A stretch of 60,969 nt of DNA, the filler included, from Hausera hauseri (lineage: Eukaryota), in assembly GCA_046269625.1 (NCBI GenBank). It is 11 parts of 11 records of this genome, joined end to end, with 100 filler letters (N's around TTAATTAATTAA, not from the genome) between each part and the next. Parts side by side here need not be neighbours in the genome. Positions count along the whole stretch, not along the records: positions 50,312 to 54,589 come from JBJURY010661552.1; positions 54,690 to 60,969 come from JBJURY010117876.1; 9 more parts are not named here. One strand, written 5' to 3'. This document shows positions 50,312 through 60,969 of the stretch, one piece after another. How positions within the stretch are numbered: position 1 is the stretch's first letter; each line of letters starts with the position of its first letter. Both the position numbers and the translations under genes were made by a program. A model generated the notes under the pieces. The model was not told the DNA's origin. It saw only the letters and a list, made by a program, of their open reading frames with translations, and did not search any database.

Positions 50312-53300
50312 GTTAATTCTGGCCAGACCTGATAATTTTGAGAAGACGTTACAATTAGCCCAAGACTTAGAAATGGCCTTAGAGAGATATGCCCAACAAG
50401 GTGACAAATATGAAAGGTATAATGACCGCAATAATCGAAATAAAAACGATAATCAAGACAACAGACGATTTAATGACAATAACCGAAACCGAGGTTTTGA
50501 TAACAGAAATCAAAATACTCACAATATGAATCAAAGAAATGACAGAAATTTTAGTAATAATCGAAATACATACAACTCGTATAATAAACCGAGTTACAAT
50601 TTAGAAACCATGGTAGTTACCGACCCAACAATAAATACACTGATAATTGAAATAACGATAACTGATATGACGGAGACAACAGACAAATATTACAGCCAAA
50701 ACAAGAATATAAGCAGATCGAAATCACCCGTGAATGAGGATGGCAGACAAAGGATTGGTCGGAATGGAAATTTAATCTGTTTTACATGTGGCGAAGAAGA
50801 CACATCGCCAGGTCATATCCTAATCCTAGAAGCGTCACATTTACTGAACCGAACAAAACAAGTATGATTAAAAATAACTTAGAAGCTATCTATGGTAAAC
50901 GAGGTGATATAAGCCTGATCATTGAAATGCAAGATCTACGTAGATCTGTAAGGAATGTAGGCGAAACTACAAATCCTCAGGTAATGAAGGCTAGAAAAGA
51001 ATATGAAGAGAAATTACGATTAATGGAAGTTTATCACGGATTAAGAGAACCACAAACGGAAGAATATGCACTGGCACCGAGCAATGTCAATATGGCGCGC
51101 AAGAAATCTGTTCCCCAAGGAATAGCTCAGTCAGAGAAACCCTCAACATCTCAAAACGTAGACTTAGACGCAGAAATAGAAGCCGTGATGCATAATCCAG
51201 ATGAAACAACGGATGAAGTCGAAAGTGAATTTATTGGGCCTTTAGTCCTTAAAATAACAGAACAGAGGCAGAAGCCCATCGTCTAAGAGAAGATTCCAGA
51301 CCCGCTCACGGTCTCCTATAAAAAAGACGTGGAAAGAAAAGATCTTTATACCGCTATTTTAGGAGGAGACTTGTCCTCAGATATTTCCATTACGCCTAAA
51401 GGGGCTCCAGAAGTGTTGGAAACACCAGAGATAATAAATGTTAATGACGAAATTAATGAAATCTGTCCGCTTTCTGCAAGTGAGGAAGAAACGAAGATAA
51501 TAATCTGGATGCGAGAAAATAGAAGGTCCGACGTTCATGGAAGAATGCCGATGAATTGAAGAGAATGAGAATTAGATGTTACGATCCAGAGATACTACGA
51601 CGCAATTTAGAAAGGCTTAAACAGATCAGTAAACAAACCCATATATCTGGTAAAGAACAGCAATTCGCAGAAAAATTATAAAAGTTTAAAATTATGCAGC
51701 GAAGGAAAGCTTGATGAAGCAATCGAATTGAAACAGTCTGAAGGGGTGCCACGAGATACGTTGACGAAATGGAACCATGAATTAAAGTCATGGATTAAAA
51801 GTGGAGTCAAATTTTCGGAAGGATGGAGTAAGGACGAAGATAGTGTCGGCGTAAAAGTCGCTGAAGCACAGACATTGCTATCCACTCTAGAAGGGAATCC
51901 CAAATTGAAAAGAGTAGCTCGTAACTTAGAACGTAAGATGGATGAAATCCGTTATGCCATGATCAACCGGCTTAGGGAAAAACCGGTTAAAAATCGAAGA
52001 GACATCGACTTGGAAATATTGGGTATAGACCCAATAGACATTCCTCCGTTAATGGAAATGATAAAAATTGCCTTTGCCTAAACCTGACGATGTGCGGACT
52101 TAGAGAGTCGCATTAAAATGGAGAATGAGAAAAGATCGCAGATCAGTAGTTTAAGAAACCGAATCATGTTCATGAATAATGAAGAAACCAAATATATAAT
52201 AAAAGCTTGTATCATAGAATTTGACGAATATAAGGACGAGTTCAATTATGTTAGCCAAATTATGAATTTCATAAAAGATCCTGATGATGAATTGAAAAAT
52301 GCATTTAAAATGTTAGACAGGGCAATATTAGCGAAGTCGATAATCGCCAACCAATTGTCGGAATGGTCCGAATTAATAATGAGATTAAGTAAATTAATAG
52401 AAGACCGCAAGAAAGAATTCCCGGAAAGTGAACCATCGGTGAAAAAGAAACTAGAAGGTGCACGTGACTTAAACACCATACAAGCAGAAATAGACATCCG
52501 GACACGGTTCGAATCATTACGACAATTAAATTTTATGAAGAAGCAAGAAATGATGATATTGGAAGAAATCTATAAAATGATCGAAGAAACGAATTTTACA
52601 GAAAAGCGGAATATGACTTGCAATTTTTACTCCAATTTGAAAAGCATCCGACGAGAAGGAATCCAATATTTAACAGAGAAACCTATCGACGAGATTTCAA
52701 TCCAGGATATCGAAACCCTAGGCACTTGTCCAGAACATAGGGCAGCCCTAATAGAAGCAGTAAGATTCTTGCATAAACCACGAGAATGGATGGCCGGTAC
52801 GGACCAGAATTGCCATACCGAATTGACGAAAATAAGAAACAACCAACGCCTTAGTGTCGAAGAATCTAAGTTTATAAAGAAATTGCTGGACTCAAGGGAT
52901 CCCGACGCAAAAATTATAAACGAGATGTATGGGCTAGCCTACTTATCGGTAGAAATGGCGGAGATTAACGATGAGAAGATGAGGCAATTGATGCCAAAAT
53001 TACAGCAAGTTGAAGAAACGTGCATCAGAACGAAACAAAGAGCAATAAGGCTAGATGAACTATCAAGAGTTCGAAAGCTACCGAGTCAAATACGCTTTTA
53101 CCGAATCAGCGATCGAAAATAAACGAGATTTTGTGCAGAGATGGCAAAGAGACGTAATTATCGAACTAACCGATTATCACCAGAAAGGATTCATCAATTC
53201 TAATGAACTAAGCGAACTACTGAAAATGATTCAGTATGCCTTGGAAACGGAATAGGTTTCCGAACTACGCAGATGAAAGAAATACAACCAAGACTGAGAG

Positions 53301-54589
53301 AAATTTGAGAAAATATGCAAAGAACGAACACAGCTCTTGTAGACTATGGACTCCCAGATATCGGGAATGAATCAGAATGGGATGCTTATATAGAAGAAAT
53401 AACGACCGAAAATCCGGTAACTCCAGTACACCTAGACGAAATAGAAATGTATCCGCAGAACTGGAAATTCAATGTGGAGATGCTCCTAGACTCAGCGTTA
53501 ACCGAAAAGGACTTGATGGAATCAATTGATGTGAATATGACCGAAAATAAGCTCAGACAACTGATTCCAACTTTGACTAAATTATCCAGTGAGAACATAA
53601 TTTACAACACGGTGCCGAAACTTTTAATAAAGAAGTATGCGAAAATCTTGAAGGACAAACCTGAGGTAACGATGATAATGATATCATCCGAGTGGATGGA
53701 AGAAAAGGAATGAGTTAACTACTTATTCATACGTAAAGGACGTAAGAGAATGGTTATTAAATAATGGCGGAACAAATGAACTAAATTACAGATTTTACTT
53801 TAGAGGAAGAATACTCGACGAATTAGAACAATTAATATACGTAGAAATCATCCCCCGCGAAACAAATCGGATAGTAGTAACAATAACCAATGAACAGACG
53901 AAAGAGGAAGCCACGCAGAAGGCTAAAACGGAACAATGCGTAGGACAAATCATGGGAGTAAGAGACGCTGCAATGTATTTTGAGTATTTACAAACGGATG
54001 AAGACAAGGAACAATACGACAAGAATCTAGTACCGCTAAGTGGAATGCCAGCTAATGCTCAAAGACCGAAACGCCCAGTCGGAAGACTTAGGAAGCCCCA
54101 AAAAGCAATCGACTATAACGGAGAACTGATTAGAGTTAAGACAGATGTCGATCTTTACTCTTAGCGCAGATAATGAAGAATTAAGCGAGTTAATGAAGAA
54201 TTTAATACGTATTGTAAATTATTCAAGTCTCCTCGGAGATGCATTAGATGATAAAGAAAAGGCGATATTTAACGCAGCTAGGACAATGAGGAATTCGCGT
54301 TTCAAGCTGTCAAAAAGCAGCCTAACTGACGACGCAGTAGTTGAGAAGATTATGGTGGAGAATACGATAGAAGAGCTAAGAAAAGTATTATTGTACTTTG
54401 CAGTCAAGACAAATCCAAATCGAGAAAACGAACTAAATTGAGCTACAAGTTTGGCGCGAAAAGCATCTAGAAAGCTACCATGTGAAGTAAATTGGCCAAA
54501 ATTATTTGACAAGGAAGAAGACAAAAGGAACAGTAATAATGGACTAGGAGACATCAGATGGAACTTGACGACAACGGATAACAACAACC
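50312..54589 (+). mobile_element. Gypsy-like retroelement copy E: Gag C-terminus with zinc knuckle, helical region, Ubl, AT-hook
   Basis: N/R-rich stretch then CFTCGEE/HIARS.P (50778-50820, frameshifted). ORFs 51728-54645 are homologous to copies C and D. Confidence 0.82.
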
Positions 54590-55789
54590 NNNNNNNNNNN
54601 NNNNNNNNNNNNNNNNNNNNNNNNNNNNNNNNNTTAATTAATTAANNNNNNNNNNNNNNNNNNNNNNNNNNNNNNNNNNNNNNNNNNNNAATCCTGCTTT
54701 TTCTTTAACATCTAGGCAAGTGTTTCCTTCTTGATTGTCAAGATTTCACTGAATCTTTCTATTTCATCCATCGTTTTGATTACATTCATGATTCCTTCGA
54801 CAGATGAAATTTCTTGAATTTTAATATCCTTTCGAATCTTAACACTGTCACAACAATGAAACAGGAAATACAAAGTTAGCTCTTTCTTATCCCACTTGTG
54901 GCACAGTAAATTCTCAATTTTCTGATCAATTGTCTCAAAAAATACTGCGATACATTCGGCGTTTTTCTTGTAATGAAGAAATTCTGTGAAATCTTGGGTA
55001 AATGACGTAAGTTTAGAAAATGCTTTTCTGAGCAGCTCGTAAAATATGTAATTTCTTCAAAAATCTTTTCATATACTGGTATGAGATTTCGGGCTAGAAA
55101 TGCAACGCCATATATGAATCGTATTTCTTCGGGAGTGTTTGAAACGGTATGAAATTTACAACATCTTAGGAACCGTCGTAAGTTTCTGGAATTTCGTTTG
55201 TGAATATGCTGGGCGTGGTAGTCATTTAAAGCTAAAAAGACATTTGATATATTTCAAAAACTATTATTAAAACAAAAAACAACATGGACATTTTTATGTA
55301 CTTATATTCAATATGATCCAAAAATAATTATGTTAATTAATGAAACGTAAATTTACTAACATTATGTATTATACCTCACACGAATAATGAAGTTCATGAA
55401 ATTACAACAGATTAATCAACTACTCATTTAAAGAGTGGGAAATAGGACAATGGTTTAAATTCTAACAGAAACAATATTGTATGGATTCCTATTTAATTAC
55501 ACTGGTTTACAAAATTCGACTTTTGAAAACGTCTGAAGATTTGTTACCTGATTTTACTACATTTTGGGTCATTGAACACAATTATACAACCATTTTTCTC
55601 TATTACTTCAGGTTAAGCCAAAATTGCAGTTTGAAAGTAATACAAGTATAGACCAAAATTGAAACAACAATATATTTTGTACACCGAACCGCGTTACTAA
55701 AAGCAATGCAAAATGTTCAAATTTGTAATAAATATCACGAAAGACATAAATACTGTAAAATCTTCATAATTAGCATGCTTGAAACGATA

Positions 55790-56461
55790 TTCTTAGAGAT
55801 TTTCTACGAAAGATTCACCACGCTTTAAGGACCAGCAGTAGTCTGCCATCATGCTGACGTTCCATCGGTCCTGATACCTCTTCGCCATACTGGTCATGCC
55901 TGGTGGAATCTTTCATCCTGTTCCTTGCTATAGGTTCCCAGATTCGTGGGGAAATAATGCGGGTGTGAGTCTATAAAGTTCAGCTTTATATTCTGATAAT
56001 TTAACAAAATTTTATGTACCAACTTCATCGAAAGAATTCCAAGCTTCAAGTTAAACTGATGCCATCCGCGACAAACATTCAGCGTCTTCTATTAGCTTTC
56101 GAATTTCAGGACCTATGAAAATGCCCTCTTTGTACTTTGTATCGCTAATTTCTGGACATTTATCAGTAAGGGACTGAAATACAGCACCGTTTCTATCATA
56201 ATTCTTTATAAACGTTTTCTTTAAGCCCAATTTAAAGTGTATTGGAGGTATGAAAACCTTTTGAGTATCGACTAAGGGTACTGCTTTTACGCTGTGTTTT
56301 CCTGGCGTAAATTGATCTCTTGTAGGCCACTCTTTTCTGACGTAGTGTCCCGAGTCCGCTCGAAGGTGCCGCAAGCAAAATAGGCAAAAGAACTTTGAAT
56401 ATCCGCTTAGGAGACCAAGCAACATGGCAATGACTTTCAAATCTTCACAGATTAGCCACAA
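55790..56461 (-). mobile_element. Chapaev-type (Chapaev3-like) transposase C-terminal fragment
   Basis: WLICEDLKVIAMLLGL.SGYSKFFCLFC...PLVD...PPIHFKLGL and, downstream, SH...FPTNLG..S.EQ.ERFHQ...RYQ.RW...MMADYCW. Confidence 0.8.
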
Positions 56462-57017
56462 ATTACATGTTAACAGTGTTTATAAAGAGTAGGTAGAAGT
56501 GTCCTCTCCATCGCACGTCTCTGATTGGTCGGAAAAGAACTATTCCCCACCTGATTGGCTATTCCGATCATTTCACTAAAATTTTCTCAGGATCCCCTCC
56601 CCGTGGTCGAAAAGGAGGTCCAGCAATGGACTTTGTACCAAGTGAAATCGATAGCGCATGACGAGGAGAGCAAAAGTTTATATCGGTGGGGTGTACCTAA
56701 AATGTACGGCAAAGGCGCTAGAAGAGAAAGAAGCAAAATAGGAAATGTGTTACGTATAACGGGAAACATGTTGCTAGCACTCAGAAAATGTGTACGAGTG
56801 GTAAATCCATATTGTCGATTGCAATGGATACGGGTGCAACATCGTCGGACCATAGAAACATGGGGAAAAATCGATTGGAAAATTTTAAACCGGCAAAATT
56901 TCTTTTTACACAAGTCAGGCGGTGGTGGAAATGGGTTGATCACGTAGTCCATCAATAGTTGCGCATTTCATATTATGGTCGCGTTACGATCAGACGATTG
57001 TAAGTCGGTGAAAATCG

Positions 57018-57360
57018 TTGAAAATCATCATTATCATCATAAAGTCAAATTTGACGTTGTACAGAGGGCCAGAAGCGGCTTGTTTATTTATGAAGAGAAT
57101 GGAGCATATCGCAAATGCTCTTCAAAATATGAAATCACAACGCATGGTTATTACTTTGACTAAAGAGGCTGAATGGGAAAATGCCATAAATTGTCATTTG
57201 TGCAGTAATAGCTTTACTTTTGATAATAACAGGTGAAGGATAATTGTCATATCACAGGCTATTTCAGAGGATCCACATGTAATACATGTAATTTACGATG
57301 TCGAAAAAATCAACTTTGTTCCTGTTGTTTTTCACAATTTCAGTGGGTGTGATACAAACT
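57018..57360 (+). pseudogene. Polinton/Maverick protein-primed DNA polymerase B, N-terminal fragment
   Basis: YRGPEAA...CHLC...DNCHITGYFRG..CNTCNL...FVPVVFHNFSGCD: the zinc/endoVII-like region before the pPolB exonuclease. Confidence 0.75.
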
Positions 57361-57565
57361 ACTTGCTTCGCTTACACTCGATTCTGAAACGTACAAAACG
57401 TTGGATGAAATTGCTCACGTCTCTACCATCAGACTCATGTATGTATCGTTATCTCACAATGTTGTGCACAGTATTTCAGTTCGCATGCTAGATGAATTTT
57501 GGAAACCCATTAAATTTCTGCTTTGAACAACAACACATCTGACGCTACATTTTCGACTTCGATAA
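57360..57565 (+). pseudogene. C-terminal fragment of a Polinton minor capsid (penton)-like protein
   Basis: MYVSLSHNVVHSISVRMLDEFWKPIKF...HLTLHFR parallels the penton C-terminus at 58700-58850. Confidence 0.5.
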
Positions 57566-57620
57566 TAAATAAACTGCATCATCATCATCATCATCCTTAT
57601 AACCATTGATATCATTGAGA

Positions 57621-58853
57621 ATGAGTCTTTATATGGTATTACCGAGCAACAGTTGTCCTACGACTCGTTTGAACAATTCAGCTTGTCAATATGTTGTGGA
57701 ATAGGATAATCCGTTGGATATTGCACTGACAGAATTTAATTTTCGCTAAGAACCAGTGGCACAGAAAAGGTTTCTGAAAATAAATTACAGCTTAACTCAC
57801 CCTGTCATGGCAACTGAAACATATACTCTGCAAATTAAACTTAATAAACAATGCGCCGGAAACTTCTTTGTTTGTACGAGCGATTTAAGTAAGGGCACAA
57901 AAGAAGACAAATGAGTGGTATGCTAAACGATGGAAAAGTACAGTATGATTATAAAAGTGAATTTATGAATATAACGTACAAGAAGACTGTTCCTGAAACA
58001 ACAACACATTCTTGTACTCTGACACTTACTAACAATAAAATAACAGTTGCAGAATCTCTCATTTGCACTACCAGTACAGATTATAATTCACTCGGCAAGA
58101 TCGGCGGTTTTATTTTAGTGGAAAACTTACATTTTGTGACAAATTTTGAATTTACTGTCACCTTTGAGGCCCTTGATATGGCGCAGAAATTTGGATTCAA
58201 AAATATAGAGTAAAGGTAATGATATTAAAAATGAATATGCAGTTGGTCCAAGATTAAGTTCCGTGTATTACCAGACAGCGGTGAAATTTACTTATATAGC
58301 ACAAAAAGTGTCAACATCATACGTATCAGTTGGTGACAGTGTCTATTGCGAATCTGTAGCACATCTATGTCAACACTTTTCAAATCAAAAGCACAAGGAA
58401 ATATTTAAAGTTTTCTAGTCGGATACAGGTGGATACATTAAATTTGAACTGGTTAAGGATATAGTCGGCATTTCATTGGACAAAGCTTTGGCCATAGTAA
58501 TGGGTTTGGACAAACAGCGGTTTGAGGCAAAGACAACTCATGCTGCAACACTTAAACCCAAACTGAAAACTGGACTACGTCAAATGTACATTTATATGAA
58601 CGTCACCGAGCCTATTTTTGTGGGTAGAGTACGTGTATTGCTACTCCGCGCAATTTATCCCGAAAGCAGCAAGTATACTGCCAGCGATAATGTCACTGTC
58701 AAGCTCGGTAATCCAATGTTCCTACCTGTGGCAACTACATCTATAAACAATGTTGAAATCAATATCCGATGTGACGCGGGCTACCTTATTGAATTTTCGT
58801 ACGGTACCACAACCAGCCAAACTCTTCATTTCCGTCGAATCCAAAATGATTGA
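57621..58853 (+). pseudogene. Polinton minor capsid (penton) protein, disrupted
   Basis: N-terminal MSLYMVLPSNS...IALTEF and C-terminal MYIYMNVTEPIFVG...LLR...FLPV...VEINIRCDAG..IEF..G...LHFRR. Confidence 0.78.
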
Positions 58854-58899
58854 AACCGAAATCGTTTCCATTTAGAGAAAACCGCATCAGGGCTGTAAA

Positions 58900-59115
58900 G
58901 TGCTGTATTTTGTTGGTAAACAGTATGGCTCTGGATGGTTGCGTACATTGATACGTTTAGCATTACCGGTTTTGAAGCATATTGGAGCCGTGGCAGAAAA
59001 AACAGTACAAAACATACTGTATGAAAACAAATCGATTTTACCATCACTGAAGGAACACGCCTTGTCCGAAATAAAAAATGCTGCACCGGCAGTCGTTGAA
59101 TCAGTCAAAAAGTAA
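58900..59115 (+). CDS. Small Polinton core-like protein
   Basis: QYGSGWLRTLIRLALPVLK matches the Q.G.G motif plus amphipathic helix of small Polinton/adintovirus ORFs between penton and MCP. Confidence 0.6.
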   Translation: MLYFVGKQYGSGWLRTLIRLALPVLKHIGAVAEKTVQNILYENKSILPSLKEHALSEIKNAAPAVVESVKK

Positions 59116-59177
59116 TTCGCTGTCAGTGGCTTGAGTAAACGTCGTAGAGAATCATCCAGCTCATAAACTATAAACAA

Positions 59178-60452
59178 ATGTCGCCATTGTACGATTTTTG
59201 ATTGAGAGTGAGACAGACAGACAGATAGGTGGCACCTGCAAAATCTCAGTTGTGCATATTTGACAAAGCCGCGCCACAAGTTGTTATTGACAATGTGGCA
59301 TTTGAATAAATCTACCCCATTGATTCGGTTTCAACGGAGGATAACATTGACATTCAATTCAATATTATTGCATCGGACAATGAATATCTCGATTTGAGCG
59401 ATACGCTACTGTGTGTAAAAGTCATTGTTAAAAAGGATACATCAACAATTCTCGCTACAACAGACACTGCCACCCCGGCCAATTACTTTTTCCTAACACT
59501 GTTCCAGGAGGCTTCGCTGACTCGAAACAGCGTCAAAATTGAAGACAACACCATTCTATACAGTATAAAAGCACTCACTGAAACGGCTCCGAATTACAGT
59601 GCAGCACGAAAACTACTCATTTGACGAAAATTATCGGATATTCCGACACTGCAGCAAACCGTCAGGCATGGTGGCAGAATCAAAAGCGCTTACAATGTGT
59701 GGACCGCTGTACTTTGACGTTTTCGATCAACCGAAATACCTGCTACCCGGTGTTAAAGTTTAATTCGGCTCAAACGCAGCGTCAATGTCTTTTGTTTAAA
59801 AACCGTCGTTGCACAGCTTAAACCCATACTGAAAATTACCGAGGCACGATTATTTGTACGTCGTGTAAAGGTAAAACCATCTGTGCTCACAGGACATCGA
59901 TTGGGTTTGGAATGCCTGTGACTCATTACAACGCGCAGAGCTCGTCTTTTACACAATACCCAAAGGATCAGCAACGTTTTACAAAGATGCACTGTTTGGC
60001 GACATGCGATTGCCGAAATTTGTGCTCGTTACATTTCAGACGATTACTCAATAAACGGGCAGTTATACCACCGAATCGGAAACGTTTACCCATAGCAATA
60101 TGAATTACATCAGTTTGGATGAGAATGCGGATTTCGTTGAGACAACCAAGCACGATTTCGAGACAGGCGATTACGTTTGCACATATATGCAATCTATCAT
60201 GCGCAACACAGGTTTGCAGAACAAAAACATCAATAATGACATATTGATGGATTTGTTTAAGTCAACCTATCCATCCTTTACCTTTGTTTTGGCTCCAGAT
60301 TATGACGCTGAACAGACTCAGCTACCTCAGCAGGAAAACCTAAGACTGGAGGTTCACTTTGCTAAAGCGTTGGAGCAATCTTCCATGATGTACATTTACG
60401 TGTAATTGATGTCGAGGTTAAAATAACGAAAAACGGAACCGTCATTGTATAA
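59178..60452 (+). pseudogene. Polinton major capsid protein, disrupted
   Basis: KSQLCIFD...IQFNIIASDNEYLDLSDTLLCVKV, GPLYFDVFDQPKYLLPGV, ARLFVRRVKVKPSV, NLRLEVHFAKAL. Confidence 0.82.
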
Positions 60453-60554
60453 ATAAAACCCGCTGTGTCTACCGTTTTCTTTGTCTTCTTTGTCGTTTTA
60501 CTATGAAGTAATTTTTTTTGATTACTATAATGTTTAAATCACATTTTACATTTA

Positions 60555-60880
60555 GCTCCTCTGAGCTCCGTAACTACGGAAAACTGCTCTTGGGGGTGAA
60601 ATTTCGTGGAATGTTTCTACTTGACTGTGTGCCGCATGATTTACGACAAACTGGAGGCTTCATTGTCAGTACACACTTCATCGTTGCCTGGCTGTATATG
60701 TCCGTCCGACCGTCGTCACAGTATTCGATCCGCTAGGATTTCACAATCCTTCATCGTTAGTTTCTCAAATTGAAAGACAATCATTATCATCATACCGTGT
60801 TGAATACAATATACTTCATTATCAACATCCAATGACTATACTATGTGGACATTACTGCTTATTGTGGTTTACATTACAAT
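60555..60880 (+). pseudogene. Polinton adenain-like cysteine protease, disrupted
   Basis: FRGMF..D, FDPLG and QHPMTILCGHYCLLWF (Q..CG.YC catalytic motif), directly after the MCP. Confidence 0.72.
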
Positions 60881-60969
60881 CACTTTTGTGAAAAAACGTT
60901 TTGTGAAATATATTTTATTTTGTTGTTGCTGATGCTTTTGGTTTTTGTATGTGTGGTGAAATTCCATTA

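Overview
This is not one locus. It is 11 small eukaryotic contigs joined by 100-nt spacers (N44-TTAATTAATTAA-N44), so adjacency across a spacer means nothing. Most of the DNA is AT-rich and derived from mobile elements. Five contigs (1-6082, 10470-17787, 24669-29066, 29167-37576, 50312-54589) are decayed, diverged copies of one unusual, very large Ty3/Gypsy-type retroelement family. Overlapping the copies gives an apparent single polyprotein: Gag (CCHC), about 1000 aa of unknown helical sequence, a ubiquitin-like domain, an AT-hook, an internal signal peptide, a chuvirus/gB-like (class III) glycoprotein with TM, a PTAP-bearing tail, then PR-RT-RNaseH-IN, then a second signal peptide and Cys-rich domain. 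The envelope therefore sits between Gag and Pol and is fused in frame to both. This is the best candidate for an undescribed system. Also present: (1) a nearly intact fish-type endogenous retrovirus with LTR, tRNA-Ser-like PBS, gag, a 2H-phosphoesterase between PR and RT, and two in-frame UGA codons in readthrough-like contexts; (2) an intronless 1.1-kaa chimeric ORF (signal peptide, MTP/vitellogenin-N, TTLL fragment, exportin-1 fragment, cbEGF array); (3) a decayed BIR-BIR-RING plus dUTPase segment; (4) a decayed Polinton/Maverick with pPolB fragment, two minor capsid genes, core-like protein, major capsid and protease; (5) Tc1, DD37D/maT and Chapaev-type transposons; (6) a vertebrate rpl23a exon with an intronic SNORD4-like snoRNA. 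The mix suggests an invertebrate (possibly fish-parasite) assembly containing fish DNA, which is inference. All domain calls were made by eye from motifs, with no database search.
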